A stretch of DNA of 64,000 bases from Ostrea edulis (taxonomy: Eukaryota). The stretch is taken from assembly GCF_947568905.1 (NCBI RefSeq), contig NC_079172.1, forward strand, positions 18,724,001 through 18,788,000, written 5' to 3'. The notes beneath the pieces were generated by a model. The model searched no databases, was not told the DNA's origin, and saw nothing but the letters and a program-made list of their open reading frames with translations. This document shows positions 12,001 through 24,719 of this stretch, piece after piece. The first letter of the stretch is position 1, and the number at the start of each line of letters is the position of its first letter. A program made the translations under genes and the position numbers.

Positions 12001-12370
12001 ATTTTATATGTTTCTGTGATGTGTTCAATTTTACATGCAGAAAGAAAAATAACAGCATGGATGTTTAACAGAGAGGGGATTATATCAGTTAATTGTATAT
12101 GAGCAAAGATCTGAGTGATCCTTTCTCATATTTCATTTGACTTTTAGCTGATTTCATAATGCAACAATGAAATGCTGGTTATTAAAACTTTGTAACTTAG
12201 AGAGCATTTAGCTCCCCAGTATAAAAACACTGAAAAGGCCACGACACTGTTGGTTATTTAAACCTCAAATTTTCAATGCAACCTGCGTCTTTATCAAGAG
12301 ACATATATGTATTACATAAACAAATATCACATTCTACACACTACAAAAAATGAAAAATATTAATGATCTA

Positions 12371-12542
12371 CAGGATATAGGGCTCACGACGGGTGTGACT
12401 GGTCGACAGGGGATGCTTACTCCTCCTAGGCACCTGATCCCACCTCTGGTGTGTCCAGGGGTCCGTGTTTGCCCAACTCTCTATTTTGTATTGCTTATAG
12501 GAGTTATGAGATTGATCACTGTTTGTTATCTTCACCTTTCAT
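12371..12542 (+). mobile_element. solo 3'-terminal segment (172 bp) of the Penelope-like retroelement seen at 48017-48782
   Basis: Highly similar to the reverse complement of ~48017-48190 (GGGCTCACG...GGGGATGCTTACTCCTCCTAGGCACCTGATCCCACC...CTTTCAT). Confidence 0.85.
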
Positions 12543-13600
12543 TGATAACAGGAAAAACACACTAATGTACTGAATGGGGAAAACTGGTTGTCTTCGTAGC
12601 AAGCGTGTCTACAGACGATGGTGTCTCGAGTTTGTACCATCATCGGGTCGGGATGAGAATACAAATATTTTTTTCAAAATTATAGAAATTGAACAAAATT
12701 GGAGAGAAAACTTTCAAAACAATGTGACGGTGAAATAAAATGATGGGACGATAGTGATTTAGTGTGGTTAAGTTACAAAAGATTATTTGGTATTTAATAC
12801 CATTGTGGATTCGGATATGGTAAACAGTGCCGATAACGAAAAATAATATGATTACTGCAAGAACATGATTAACAACAAAATGAACATAATCAATTAATAA
12901 ACAAATGAATCTCGCACTAAAATCACCAATCCAAAAGATGAGTGGGAGAGAAGTTTAGTAAAAAGATACTGAACTAATTTTCAAGGTCAATACATTTTTT
13001 TTGTTTTTTGAGGTACCCGGTAAAAAAAAACTAAAGCCGCAATACTACAAAGTAATATCAAATCAGAGCTTTATGAATCCATACTTATGAATATTTCTAA
13101 TAATGTTTTATCATAGTGTAGAAATCTAAAGATGATGTACTAGTTTTCAAGGTCAATGCATTTTTCTTTTCCCGTTTCAAGGTCAAACAAATTAAAGCCA
13201 CAATCCTGAGACCAGAATATGAGAAAGAGAGAGAGAGATGTATAAATGGTACTTGAAATGGAAGTTTTGAAGGTCATACAATAGTCGCAATTTTGGGAAT
13301 ACTCATTATGTTTAAAATAAGGAATTCAAGATGCAGAGAGAAAGAGCACAAAAAAATCCTGGATGCATAGTTTGAAATCATTCCGTCCAGGCATATGAAT
13401 CTAGAATAAATCCTTAGCTTAATTAGTTTCCACTATTCACCCAATGAGATATTCTCTGTTTTATGATTGGTGGAAATACATTTTGTTTCCCTCGTTGTAA
13501 GGCTCTGTAAATTGCATAATTCAAACTTTGATGTTTTACTAAATCATCAGGAGTCGTGTGTCACAGTGGGAAGGTCCTTTAGTTCTTGTCATTCTTTTAT

Positions 13601-13682
13601 TTTTAGCTCACCTGATCTGAAGTGAGCTCTTCTGATCAAAATTTGTTGTCTGTCGGCATCATCATAAACTTTCACATTTTCA

Positions 13683-13773
<91 letters not shown>

Positions 13774-13838
13774 ATTCCTCCTTCAAGGGGGAGATAATCA
13801 CAAAAATGCAAAAGTAGGGTGGGGTCATTTAAAGATCT
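13601..13838 (+). mobile_element. 5' fragment of Cg170-type Helentron-like element abutting the PSMD1 3' splice site
   Basis: TTTTAGCTCACCTGA...GTGAGCTCTTCTGATC left end; collinear with 26022-26275 through AGGGTGGGGTCATTTAAAGATCT. Confidence 0.85.
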
Positions 13839-13852
13839 ATTTTCTTTTTCAG

Positions 13853-13917
13853 GTCAGTGACGTAAATGATGATGTGAGAAGAGTGGCAGTCACCTCCCTT
13901 GGGTTCCTATTATTCAG
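13853..13917 (+). CDS. PSMD1: PSMD1 internal exon: [21 protein letters not shown](R)
   Basis: TTTCTTTTTCAG| acceptor, AG|GTAGGT donor, 65 nt, phase 0/2. Matches human [22 protein letters not shown] (residues 607-628). Confidence 0.96.
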
Positions 13918-14059
13918 GTAGGTTGATAATTCTCAACCTCCCCATTTTAAGAGAATGAGGATGGGCCAATTTCTCTCTCCAATTTTTACGATCTACATGA
14001 TGACAGGCTGGTACTGATAAGCTACTGTCACTTTTACCCCATCCAAGGATGATACTACT

Positions 14060-14640
14060 TTTTGGGTCACCTGAATGACTCGGATGAACTATTGCTGTTG
14101 CTATTTGTCTGTTGTCATCCGTTGTTCGTCGTGCATTAACAAGTGAACAGTTTTGACTTTTTGATAAGTAGATCTACCCATCATTGGAACAATTTGGACA
14201 GAAATTGTAAATTTCAGGACTCCTGCACCCCAGGGGCCTAAGGGATGGGACAAAAACTACAATAAATTGACCTATTATGAAAGCTAAATGCATAGTCAAG
14301 TAGAACATGAAGGTTTCTACCAAAATTGTCAATTTTATGATTCCTGGGGTAGAGGTTCTGACTCCAGGGCAGGGCCAAACTTGTAGTGCATCTTGTGTTA
14401 ATGTGTAACTTTTCCAAAATTGTAAATTTCATGGTCCGAGCTAAGTGTAGGGGTTTTGGTACTAGGTTGGAACCAATATGGTCATAGTGATTAAATATGT
14501 TGTGTTCACAATTGAACATCTTTAACTTCTTCTTGATAACTTCCCTTCCAATTTTTTCAAATTTGATACAAAACATCTCTGGGACATGGGGGACATAAAT
14601 TGTGGAAATGCTTACATCATCATAATAATGTGGAAATGTT
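14060..14640 (+). mobile_element. 5' portion of a second Helentron-type family
   Basis: TTTTGGGTCACCTGAATGACTCGGATGAACTATTGC left end, GTC-rich tract, and internal CTACCAAAATTGTAAATTT...CAGGGCCAAA units shared with 19980-20422, 21040-21929 and 56350-57156. Confidence 0.65.
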
Positions 14641-16284
14641 TACATCATCACAAAAATGTGGAAATGCCAATGTCTGCAAAAGAATGTAGAAAGGCAAGAG
14701 TATAGAAATGCTAATGTCTTTGTCAGTACCAGTGATAAAAAAGCTGTTTATGTATATAGCAGTATTCCAGACCGATGGTAAACTAGAATTTGCATGAAAC
14801 TCAAAGGAGCGATGAAATTTTGTTGGTACTGTGTCTGGCATATTATTGTGTATTCATACTAAACACGAGTATGGAAAGCTCCCCGCGTTCTGGTCTCTAA
14901 CCTCTATTTGTTATATCTGAGTGACATTCCATCAATATGTGGAGAACTAATTGTGCATATAATGTATGTATACTAACTTAATGACACAAACAACCATGTG
15001 GTGAGGATTTCCTGGTGACTGACCACAGTAATGAGATCTGTCAGAGACTTCTCTCTCTGTTCTCAACAGATATCAGCTGTTCTGGTGCAGGCCAAGTGTG
15101 AACTTTTCAGACGGTCAGGTTTGATGAGGGAAACAATAAGTGAACCCAAACCTTCATAACTTACTTTTATCAATGCCATAAGCAACACATTTGCATATCC
15201 TTGTGGACTTAAAAGTACATGAATGTATAGTCATATTATATATATATATATATTAAAAGTGTATGAAATTTGAGAAAAGCACTAAAATACATGGAAGCAT
15301 GCGAGATTAGATATTGAGTGTAAAGTTCAACTTTGATTTATCCCAACTATCAAAATTTTCAAGATTGAAAACTATAGGGTAGTTTGATAATGATATAGTG
15401 CTGGAAATAGAGTATAATTACATTATGTGGCAATTGCATGATATAAAAAGAATAAGAACCTCTGTAGGACTCCGAACATATACGATACGTGTTTCATAAT
15501 ATATATTACATAATATATGTTACATGTTGAATGACAAATGAAATAAATACAGACAAGTGATTTTATCATTTCGATGTATGTATCCAATGGATTCTTTATG
15601 CAAATTAATAAAATACATTATTATACTTTCATGTAAAATACTCAAATCTGATTGTTTGAGAAGCATTTGAAAAAACATATTGTTACCCTCTGAGAACAGA
15701 AAGCACATGGTCCAGGGTAATAGTATCTAGCAACAGATGATATTATAAAAAATTATCACATGTGTCAAATTTATGCACATACGGTTCGCCGTAGATTGTT
15801 AGACAACGTTGTTTGAGTGTTTGTAATAAACGCACATACCCGCATTGATATATCAAATATCGCATGACAGTGATCGATCAAATGTTAACAGACATAAATC
15901 TTTCTGCTTTGTTGTTTATATAACATTCAGTACAATAAAACAAATATTGCATGTAGTTGACATGTTTTCTCAAGTTGAAAATTTTCAATGTTACCCTCAA
16001 CTACATGCAATATTTATATACTGTTTATCTTGGACAAAATTTCAATCATTGATGAAAAATATATAGATTTTTCTATATTGCATCACTTTTAGCATGTCTG
16101 GATTATGCATATGTTCTACTAAATGACCTCCATTTCTTTCATCAATAGTGGAAATTCACTTCTTTTTCCACAATATTGGCATACATTCTTTCATTTTCTT
16201 TTTGAGTTCATCCAGTCACTATGGTTTAGAATTGTCGACCCTGGGTCCTGTTTTACCAAACAACTTACGACAAAATTGCAAGTG

Positions 16285-16565
16285 TTAAAGGGACCAATTC
16301 AGGGTTTTTGATTTATTTTTTTTCATTTTTGATGTTGAACATTAAAGATATAACTCATTTAATGTTGACAGCCAAAATTTTGACCTTCAAAATGCAGGGA
16401 TAAGAGCAATATTTTAACCTTAACTCTGTGTTATGTAAACAAAGACTTGAGTCTTTTTATGTTTACAAACAAACCATGCAGTATGATGTTAATTTTTTGT
16501 GAAACCTTTTGAATTATTAAAAGTAAAAACAAATTTGGGGGAGAATCGTTAATCAGTCCCTTTAA
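16285..16565 (-). mobile_element. internally deleted TTAA-flanked (Kolobok-like) MITE
   Basis: TTAA|AGGGAC ... GTCCCT|TTAA termini; the body is the reverse complement of the right third of 17202-17725. Confidence 0.75.
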
Positions 16566-17201
16566 ATTGTATTACACAGTTATTAGTTTGAATGAATAAA
16601 AACTTTTCTGAGCTAGGCTTTAATTTTCAATTTAATTTTATCTAACTATTTTGCATTTGAGTGAATGATCTTACAATAAACAGGAAAATTCCTTTGTGTA
16701 AAGTTGTCCATAATTATATTCTTTTGAGAAACGCGTCCCTGTCTTATAGGAACCCCCAGAGAAAAAAGGTCTGATGGGTTGAAGTCTGGTGAATGAGGAG
16801 GCCAAGGACTATTGGTTCTTTAGGATATAACTTGTCCCCCAAACATTTCCTCCAACCAGTTAAAAACTGTAGGCTGTTGCTCCATCTTGTTGAAACCAAA
16901 TGGATTTTAGATCACCATACTTTCTGCGCAAGTTAGGCAAGAATTTTGTTCTCAACAAGTGGTGATAACACAGAGTTTGCTGTAGTGGTTTCTCTGCATG
17001 TTCTCAATCAGGAAAGGTCAAATAACTCCTTGTCATGACTACTTAACGCCGCCCACATACTTAGTTTTGAAGGCTTTTCTAGATCAAAATCTGGTTTTTT
17101 GGTTGACACATTCTGTTAATCCAAGTAAAATATCCAAATTCCCTGAAAAATGTCATTCCCATGTTACAGCTAGCATCCATCTTGCAAATTCAACTCAGTG
17201 T

Positions 17202-17725
17202 TTAAAGGGACTGATTCACGATTTTATCCAAAATTTTGTTTTTCACTTTAATGATCAAAATCTACTGTCTAATATGTTTGAAAGATTTCACATGAAAATT
17301 AAGGTTATACATCATCACAGAAGCTCATTTTAGAGAGTTTATTATTTGTTTTGTAAACAAAGATTGCGATATGTTATTGTTTACGGAATTTTCAAAAGAA
17401 ATGGATATCGATCTAAGTATTATTATATCTTTCATTTTTCAAGCATTTTTGGGGTGAAAAGTGTCATCTAAAAGTTAAAATTTGTGACTATGCAAAATTA
17501 AGATGCATTATATTACAAAATCAATATTTCACTTGTTTGTTTGTTTACATAAAAAGACTCAAGTCTTTGTTTACATAACACATATTTAAGGCTAAAATAT
17601 TGCTTTCATTCATGCATTCAGAAGGTCAAAATTTTGGCTGTCAACATTAAATGAGTTATATTTCTAATGTTTAACATCAAAAATGAAAAACATTTTTATC
17701 AAAAATCGTGAACCAGTCCCTTTAA
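17202..17725 (+). mobile_element. TTAA-flanked (Kolobok-like) MITE, 524 bp
   Basis: TIRs TTAAAGGGACTGATTCACGATTT / AAATCGTGAACCAGTCCCTTTAA; no ORF. Confidence 0.85.
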
Positions 17726-19979
17726 TATCTGATTCTTTGAGAAATTTTGTAGGTTGTCGATGTTGTATCATTTAAAGTTCTATATAAAATGATTGATTCC
17801 TGATAAGTTTGGGCAATTTGTGTTGATGATACAGTTTTACGATATCAGCCCATTGTTCCATAAATCCATTTTGGAAATATTTGAAATATATGACCTATAA
17901 CAAATAATTTTCCCAACTTTTCCCACATGGATAAAAATTCAGGATTTGGTAGTTGAATAGATATACATTTTGTATTAAAATTATGATAGATAAGAAAAAC
18001 ATTTTCACTTTAAAATGTAACAAATATTATGAAACATCCTGTATTAACAATGGATTACCAGTCCGATGTACACCTTGAACCGCAGAATATGTTAAAAAAT
18101 TGCTGACAGATTTATTCCTCCTGCTTACCGTGCCAGATAAAGGATAGACTCTTCAATCTAAAACGGGGTGGGTGGGTGTTGGTGTTTATGTCCCATTTGT
18201 AATCCACAACATTAGTTTTTTCTTCCTCTAGATTAAAAGAGTATATGATAGTATGATGGCGTAGCTAAGAACCCTTTTGAGTCCCTTTACTTTGTAATGA
18301 GAATCCAGGCGATACAGTGGCAGGAGACAAATTTCCCTCAGAAATTCAAAAGACAACGATAATTTGATAACGAGAAAATGTAAAAAATCTATTTGCCCTG
18401 CTTTGAAAGGCAATCCCCCCTATAAAACAACTTCTTGATAGTTTATGAATGAACATGCTTTGAAGAAGCCTGCTTTGCGTACGTGTCTCAATATCCTTGG
18501 GTTATCTTCAGAAATATTGGATGTCTGCGAAAGATTTTTGTGATTTACATTGATTTGACGTGTAGTAAATCAGAGTTTTGATAACGCATTGCAAGAGTAC
18601 AAATATTACATCACAATCTCAGAGTTTTTTTCTTTCCAAGAATGAAAGGATTAGATTAGATACTGTTTTACGAGTAATCAAGCCTAAACATTCAAAAAAC
18701 ATGAGGATGATTTCCTTCTCTCTTTTTTTCCGCGTTGTGGATGGAATTTGTGAATGGCAATTGGTTGATTGCATTTTGTGACGTTAGATTTATATAGGAC
18801 TTTAATGGAGTTATCATTTTGATTGTTGTTTTTATCAGCCAGTTTTAAGAACCTCAATTCACAAAAATAAATGCAAGTTGTGGATGTATTATCTTTGAAA
18901 TGAATCAGAGTTAGATAGGGCACTATTGAACAGATAAATGTCATGAATTCATGGGTATCAGAAATGAAATGAGCAAGTAAGAATTTTCATCTATTAGTAC
19001 ATGACTAATCATGAAAGTTGAGTAATGCTAGCAGTTCTATACTAGAACATTTGAGAAATGCCTGAGGACTTTGAAAAGAAAGATTTTTAGTAGGTTGAAA
19101 AAAGAGAAAGATAAATAATAGAATCCTCCATTAATTCAAGGGTGGGATTGGGAAATTCTATTGAGGAAATTTGTAGTTCAGGATGATCAAGGCTTTGCTG
19201 AGTTCTACCCTTACCAATATATAAGAAGCCCTGTGGCACACAGTTGCTGCAAATTTGTAGTGCACCTAATTTGCGGTGCATTTGCCACAAGGATATTTTT
19301 CGTATGTAAATTTTTTCTCTGGCAAAAAAGTTTGCGGTAAATTGTTGAATTGATGAAAAGATTTTGAGCTGTTGATTTCATTCTACTAAGATGCTACATT
19401 TCCTGAGGATGTTTTATCTAGAAATTCCCATTACATTTTGAATTGTTCCATTGGTTTGTCAGTGACTACATCATATAGAAAGCTTGTGCTTGCTTTCAAG
19501 GTTCTGAAAAACATGACACCAGAATATAAGTGTCAACCAAGTTAGTACTTGAACAACAAAAAGTAGTATATTATAAACAGTCTTTAAAGGTATCGTTTAC
19601 AATTGTATGGAATCAGTTGCCTGAGTATTTTAGTAAAATTCTGGACAGTTCTGCTATTTATATTTGTCAACTCCTGAATTTTGAAGCTTGAATAACCATT
19701 GTTTGACAGAGGTATAATTATTTCTTTCTGCTCAGTGGTCAAACTTTTTTCTATGAGGAGCCATCATTTCTATGCAGATGACAAAAGGTATAATTCAGAA
19801 ATAAACATAACAGTTGTAAAAATTTAGAAACTTTTATTCAATTAAAATTGAATTTGATAGGAATGTGTTTTAAGATGGAATTTTCCTTTCAACTTTCAAA
19901 CGGACATGTTTATACAAAGGACACTGCCTTTTGCAAACTCATTCATGGCCAACTACTGTATATGCAAGCATCTTCAGGT

Positions 19980-20422
19980 AGTGCAAATTCAAGTTTGTTC
20001 AATTCAGGGGCAAAGGGTGTAGGGTGGGGCCAAAATGGTCATAGGGACTTTGTCTTTATCATTAAAAGACTTCTTCAATTTTGCTGATACCGTATAAAAT
20101 AAATGGATATTTAGGAATAGCAGAATGTACATGTACCAAAATTATGAATTTTGCAACCCCTGGGGTTCGACAGTTGAGGCAGGTCCAAATCGTCATATAG
20201 TGTTAATATAACATTACATGTACATGTATATTATGTAAAGCCTTTCATCAGTAAAGGCACTTTCTGGAGCCTTTGTGGTTTAACTTCAGGACACACATTG
20301 TCTTATACTGCGGATGAATATTTGAATTTAGCTTTATAGATCAGGAGAATTTTGCTTGATTTCATAGTCCTTCAGGCTAGTGATATCCTTGGGTGACCTA
20401 TAAGGCCTGTGGGCATCTTGTT
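19980..20422 (+). mobile_element. 3' portion of Helentron-type element
   Basis: Ends GGGTGACCTATAAGGCCTGTGGGCATCTTGTT; collinear with 21500-21929. Confidence 0.65.
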
Positions 20423-21039
20423 CTGAATCCGCCCCCACCTTTATCATAACCCATATTATAGCCTCATGCAAACTGAAAACTGTCAGCTTCAAATGATTTC
20501 ATTTGTTGTCTTAACAAAATCAATATCGGATGTCCGAAAATTTTCGGAAGTTTTTACCCCTCCCCCAAACTTTGAATTCACATTTTTATCAGACATCATT
20601 CTTATTATCTCGCCACTAACAGAGATTAGTTCATATTGTTTGATATAATATGATATGATACTGTTAAGAACTGTTATATTGGTGAGGAAATTACTTTTTG
20701 ACAGCATTACCTCTCAATTGATTGAGATATGTGTATCATATAACATCACGAACATATAGAACTGGAGTCACATTCGACCATGTGTTAGATGTGTCTAGTT
20801 TCATTAGCACCTGCTTACCAATCGCCCACTGTCAGTTCCAGCTATGTATAATGAAATAAAAAAAATCATTTGGTAAACCAGCCATCAGTCACCTAGTGAG
20901 GCTGTGTCTCTGCACATTAATTACTGATGTACATTACTGCATGGGAAGAATGAAAATTGTTTAGTGAACTGCAATCAGCCCTTTACCAAATAAATTCCAT
21001 GATCCATGGAGTAGTGGTTTTGGTATTAGGGTGGGGCCA

Positions 21040-21929
21040 AAATGATCGGTGTTTGAATGTGTTAACAATTTAACATTTTTAACTCCTTCTTGATAACTGC
21101 CATTCCAATTCTTTTCAACTTCGTTATGAAGCATCTTTCGTACAAGGGGACATAAATTTTACATTTCAGGACTCCTGCACCCCCGTGGCCTTAATTGCAG
21201 GGCAAAATCTGCCAAATGTTTACCAATTTTCAAAAGTCATCTTCTCTACAATTGTATATCTCTAAGAAAACTAAATACATAGTAATGTAGAATATGAGGA
21301 CCTCTACCAAAATTGTTCTTGATCCCCAGGGTGGAGGTTCTGACTCCTGGGTGGGGCCAAACTTGGTATATATAGTGTATATGTGTAAAATATTCGAATA
21401 ATATCCTTGTTGCTATTGATACTAAATTGAAACTAAATGAATATTTAGAAGGAGTAAGGTAGTCTTCTACCAAAATTGTAAATTTCATAATCTTAGGGGT
21501 AAGGGTTTAATGGTTCCAGGATGGAGCCAAAATTATTATAGTGATTATTGCCTTTATCATTTGAAAGAATTCTTTAAGTTTGCTCAGATACAGTATAAAA
21601 ACTACATGCATATTTAGGAAAAGCAGAAAAAGATACCAAAATTTTAAATTCCACAACCCTAGAGTTAAATTGACTCCAGGACAGGTCCAAATTAGTCATT
21701 GTGTTTATGTTCCATATATTATGTAAAGCCTTTCATCAGTTAATAGGCACTTTCAAGGACATGTACATTAAGGTTTTAAGAACACATCTTTTTTTTATTC
21801 ATTTGCTGAATCTTGGAATTTAACTTCGATATTCAGAACAGGAAGTTTTTTCTAGATTTTATAGCCCTTGGTTCTAGTGATACTTTTAACTAATACTCAG
21901 GTGACCGATAAGGCCTGTTGGCCTCTTGT
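21040..21929 (+). mobile_element. Helentron-type element, 3' two-thirds
   Basis: Internal repeats as at 14200-14500; terminal CTCAGGTGACCGATAAGGCCTGTTGGCCTCTTGT stem-loop. Confidence 0.75.
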
Positions 21930-22133
21930 ATTATGCATCAAACCAAAGCACAGTTTACATTTTGAAATCTCTTATTTGCAAACAAAATACCTTTTTTTAT
22001 CAATCCAGAAAAAGCACAAAAAGTCATAAAAGTTCATATGAAATAATTGAGAGCTTGTATGAATCTTTCGATGGTGAAGTTAAGGTGCTTACACCTTTAA
22101 CAAGCCATGAAATAAAATTTTGGTGTAATGAGC

Positions 22134-22960
22134 CAGAGTTGTTGAAATTTTTAAATCACTGTCAGACATTTGGTCTGACAGAGTTAAAGATTCCGTCAGA
22201 CCGGACAAAGTTTTGTCAGACCAGATACATGTACCTTGTATTGCATAAAAAGAACAAAGAAAAAAGAACTGCACCAAAATGCCTTTTATTGTATCTCCCA
22301 CTCATAATATCCAGCCAAATATGGTCAGTTTTCCAACCATCTTGGAACTCCAGAACAACATGGAAGCCTTCGTAATTCTCTAAGTGGTCCAGGTTCAGCA
22401 TTTTTTCTTTTCTTAACAAGTTGTTTGTTTGTTTTCTGCCCCGTCAGAAATTTTCCCCTCATAATGAGACGTGACCAGCTGTAGGTGAAACACCACAAAT
22501 TTAGACCTATGCTTTGTACTTTGACTCAAGGCTGTTCTTTAATGTGTAATTTAAAACCTGCCGCAACATTGGAGGTCATATCCGAAAGACCTGTAACTCT
22601 CATCTCACTGCTAAATGCCGAGTGTTTGGCGAGGATATATTTAAATCTTAGGTTTGACGTGGCCATAGCACAAACATAACTCAAACTCACAACCTTCCAG
22701 TTACGAAGCGAACGGTCTACAACTGAGCTACCACGACCAGTCTTTTCTTCCTGGGTAGAGAACCTTTCATAAATTTGATCGGCCATTCGGCCATGTTTGA
22801 GTGACCTTCACTTGCGCATCTCGAACCCGAGCTCTAAAATAATCGGATCACACCCGATATTTTCAAACGGTCATTTGGACCAACATTTTCTTGAAATTTA
22901 TCGGTCCAGCGAAAATTTTGCCGGCCTTGCTGACAGGACCGACAGTTTTCGACAACTCTG
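22134..22960. mobile_element. hAT-like MITE interrupted by a SINE
   Basis: TIRs CAGAGTTGTTGAAA / TTTTCGACAACTCTG; near-TSD AATGAGCC vs AATAAGCC (7/8); GTCAGAC/GTCCG subterminal motifs. Confidence 0.6.
22421..22740 (-). mobile_element. tRNA-derived SINE
   Basis: The - strand head CTGGTCGTGGTAGCTCAGTTGTAGACCGTTCGCTTCGTAACTGGAAGG has an A box and a tRNA-Thr(CGT)-like anticodon loop, with a damaged B box; (AAAC)n tail at 22421-22432. The 3' body is shared with 28090-28300 and 57358-57476. Confidence 0.8.
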
Positions 22961-23214
22961 AATAAGCCACCTTAATGAGTATAATGTAAGAAGGCTGCAG
23001 AATTATTTGTCACCCCTTTATTGTTTGGGACACATCTATGTACAGCCCAAAATTGTGAAGTAATTCTTAACAAAGGATGATTTTTTGTGTTCATTGATTT
23101 TTGGAGAAGATAAGTCTTGAGTTCACTGACTTGATTTATGGAAAGTTGAACTTGACAGGTGTCTCATGAATTAATACAAATATCAATTACTCACATATAA
23201 GAAGGAATATTATA

Positions 23215-23400
23215 CAGTTATTGACTACATATTCCAAGGACAACAACTGTTTTGTTTGGCCCGAGAACAGATCTGTTGTCCGAAGCCGTAGGACGTAGCT
23301 GTAGGCTTCGGGCAACAGATCCATTCCAGGATCAAATGAAAAAGCTGTTGTCCGAGGACACTGTCTATAACTATTTTGTTACACACTTTCATTTTTTACT
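23215..23400. mobile_element. end of an unclassified palindromic MITE-like repeat
   Basis: 17-bp hairpin ATCTGTTGTCCGAAGCC (23271-23287) / GGCTTCGGGCAACAGAT (23304-23320) nested in further imperfect inverted segments. Confidence 0.5.
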
Positions 23401-23487
23401 AGATGCACATAGTTTGAAGTTGAAATTTTAAGAAGACAGTGAGCTTGTGTACATTCATCAACACATTAACTAGTTAAAAAGAAAACA

Positions 23488-23683
23488 TGCCCAATATCCT
23501 GATTAATAATTATATTTTACGTGCCAATATCCTGATTAATAATCAATAATTATATTCTACGTGCCCAATATCCTGATTAATAATCAATAATTATATTTTA
23601 CGTGCCCAATATCCTGATTAATAATCAATAATTATATTCTACGTGCCCAATATCCTGATTAATAATCAATAATTATATTTTAC
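23488..23683. repeat. 41-bp minisatellite, ~5 copies
   Basis: Unit GTGCCCAATATCCTGATTAATAATCAATAATTATATT(C/T)TAC starting at 23521, 23561, 23602 and 23643, plus a shortened first copy. Confidence 0.93.
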
Positions 23684-24719
23684 CTGTTTTTGTTCTACGT
23701 TTTCGTATAATTAATTCTGTATTTTATCATCAGTCAAATCAGTGAACCTCGCCATTGCGTAAACAAAGCAGCATACCAAAAATCATGTGACTTGTGTAGC
23801 CAATAGAAATAGGACAGACTATTGCCCATAGACCACGAGTGTGAGAGTTGGTTTAACAGTTCAAATGTTGGTTCTAAATCGTGTTAGTATTATCGACAAG
23901 TTCTTCAGCAAAAGCACTATTTGTAATATGTTTTATTTGCTTTTGCAATAAACACTTAAGTATCAAGTGATTTGTTATGGGCCCTATTTCTGTCATTATA
24001 CTGCATATGAAACATATTACTTTCAGGACGTCATCACTCTATGTTACTATGAAAATCTAGTATTTCTACCTGGTATTTTTATAAAGGGCACAGGAAACAA
24101 GTATTGTGTATATTACTCTTCCATGTGCCTGCATTTGTCAGATTATGTAGATAGTACCCAATTTTTGACTCACCAAATTGAAGAGAAAAGTCGATTAATG
24201 CCTAATATGTTCTGAGGTTTGATTTCAGATCTATAGTAACTTCAAGATGTTATCACTGTGCATACCCCTGAGACTCCTGTAGTTGTCAGGGTGAAGATAG
24301 AGATGTGAAACATCATTATAACTTGGTTAGCCTTCCACTTTCTTCATTATTTTGGTGTATATGTTTTCGATTCCAATGCTACATTGCTTTGAATTTTCTT
24401 GCTAGAATTGAGGTGGACTGATAGTAATTTAGGGTTCTGTACAAATGTTTTAGAAATTACCTGAAGGCACCTGTAGATACATAACAGAATAGCTCTTTCA
24501 AGGTTTTTTGTAAATTACATCTGTTGGAGGCATTAGATGGGAATTATAAGGGTAGTGTACTTTTGTAGATGATCAAAGCACTGGAATTTTCCCAGCATAT
24601 GAAATTCATAAGATCTTCTAAATTTTAGTCATCAATTGCATTTTAAGCTAATTGATCCTCATCCTAGTCAATAATTACAACTTTTCAAACAATATGTTTT
24701 GTTATGTTGTTTTATAATT

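Noticed and set aside
13622-13852. 99-aa ORF running into the PSMD1 exon
   Set aside because: The first ~77 codons are Helentron sequence; only 13853-13917 is PSMD1.
15045-15125. Good-looking acceptor CTTCTCTCTCTGTTCTCAACAG at 15069 as the next PSMD1 exon
   Set aside because: The in-frame translation (RYQLFWCRPSVNFSDGQV-stop) has no similarity to the expected TPEQCPSVV. At most a cryptic site, with no support without RNA data.
18200-18800. Slightly GC-richer stretch that might be a decayed coding sequence
   Set aside because: Multiple stops in the frames I read and no recognisable motif; a translated search would be needed.
19060-19085. CTGAGGA...GAAA and other CTGAnGA hits as hammerhead ribozymes
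   Set aside because: No stem II/III pairing around any hit I inspected on either strand.
22660-22740. Possible tRNA-Thr gene (and the tRNA-like stretch at 5262-5331)
   Set aside because: Damaged B box/T-arm, no acceptor stem, and attachment to a SINE body or transposon; these are tRNA-derived repeats.
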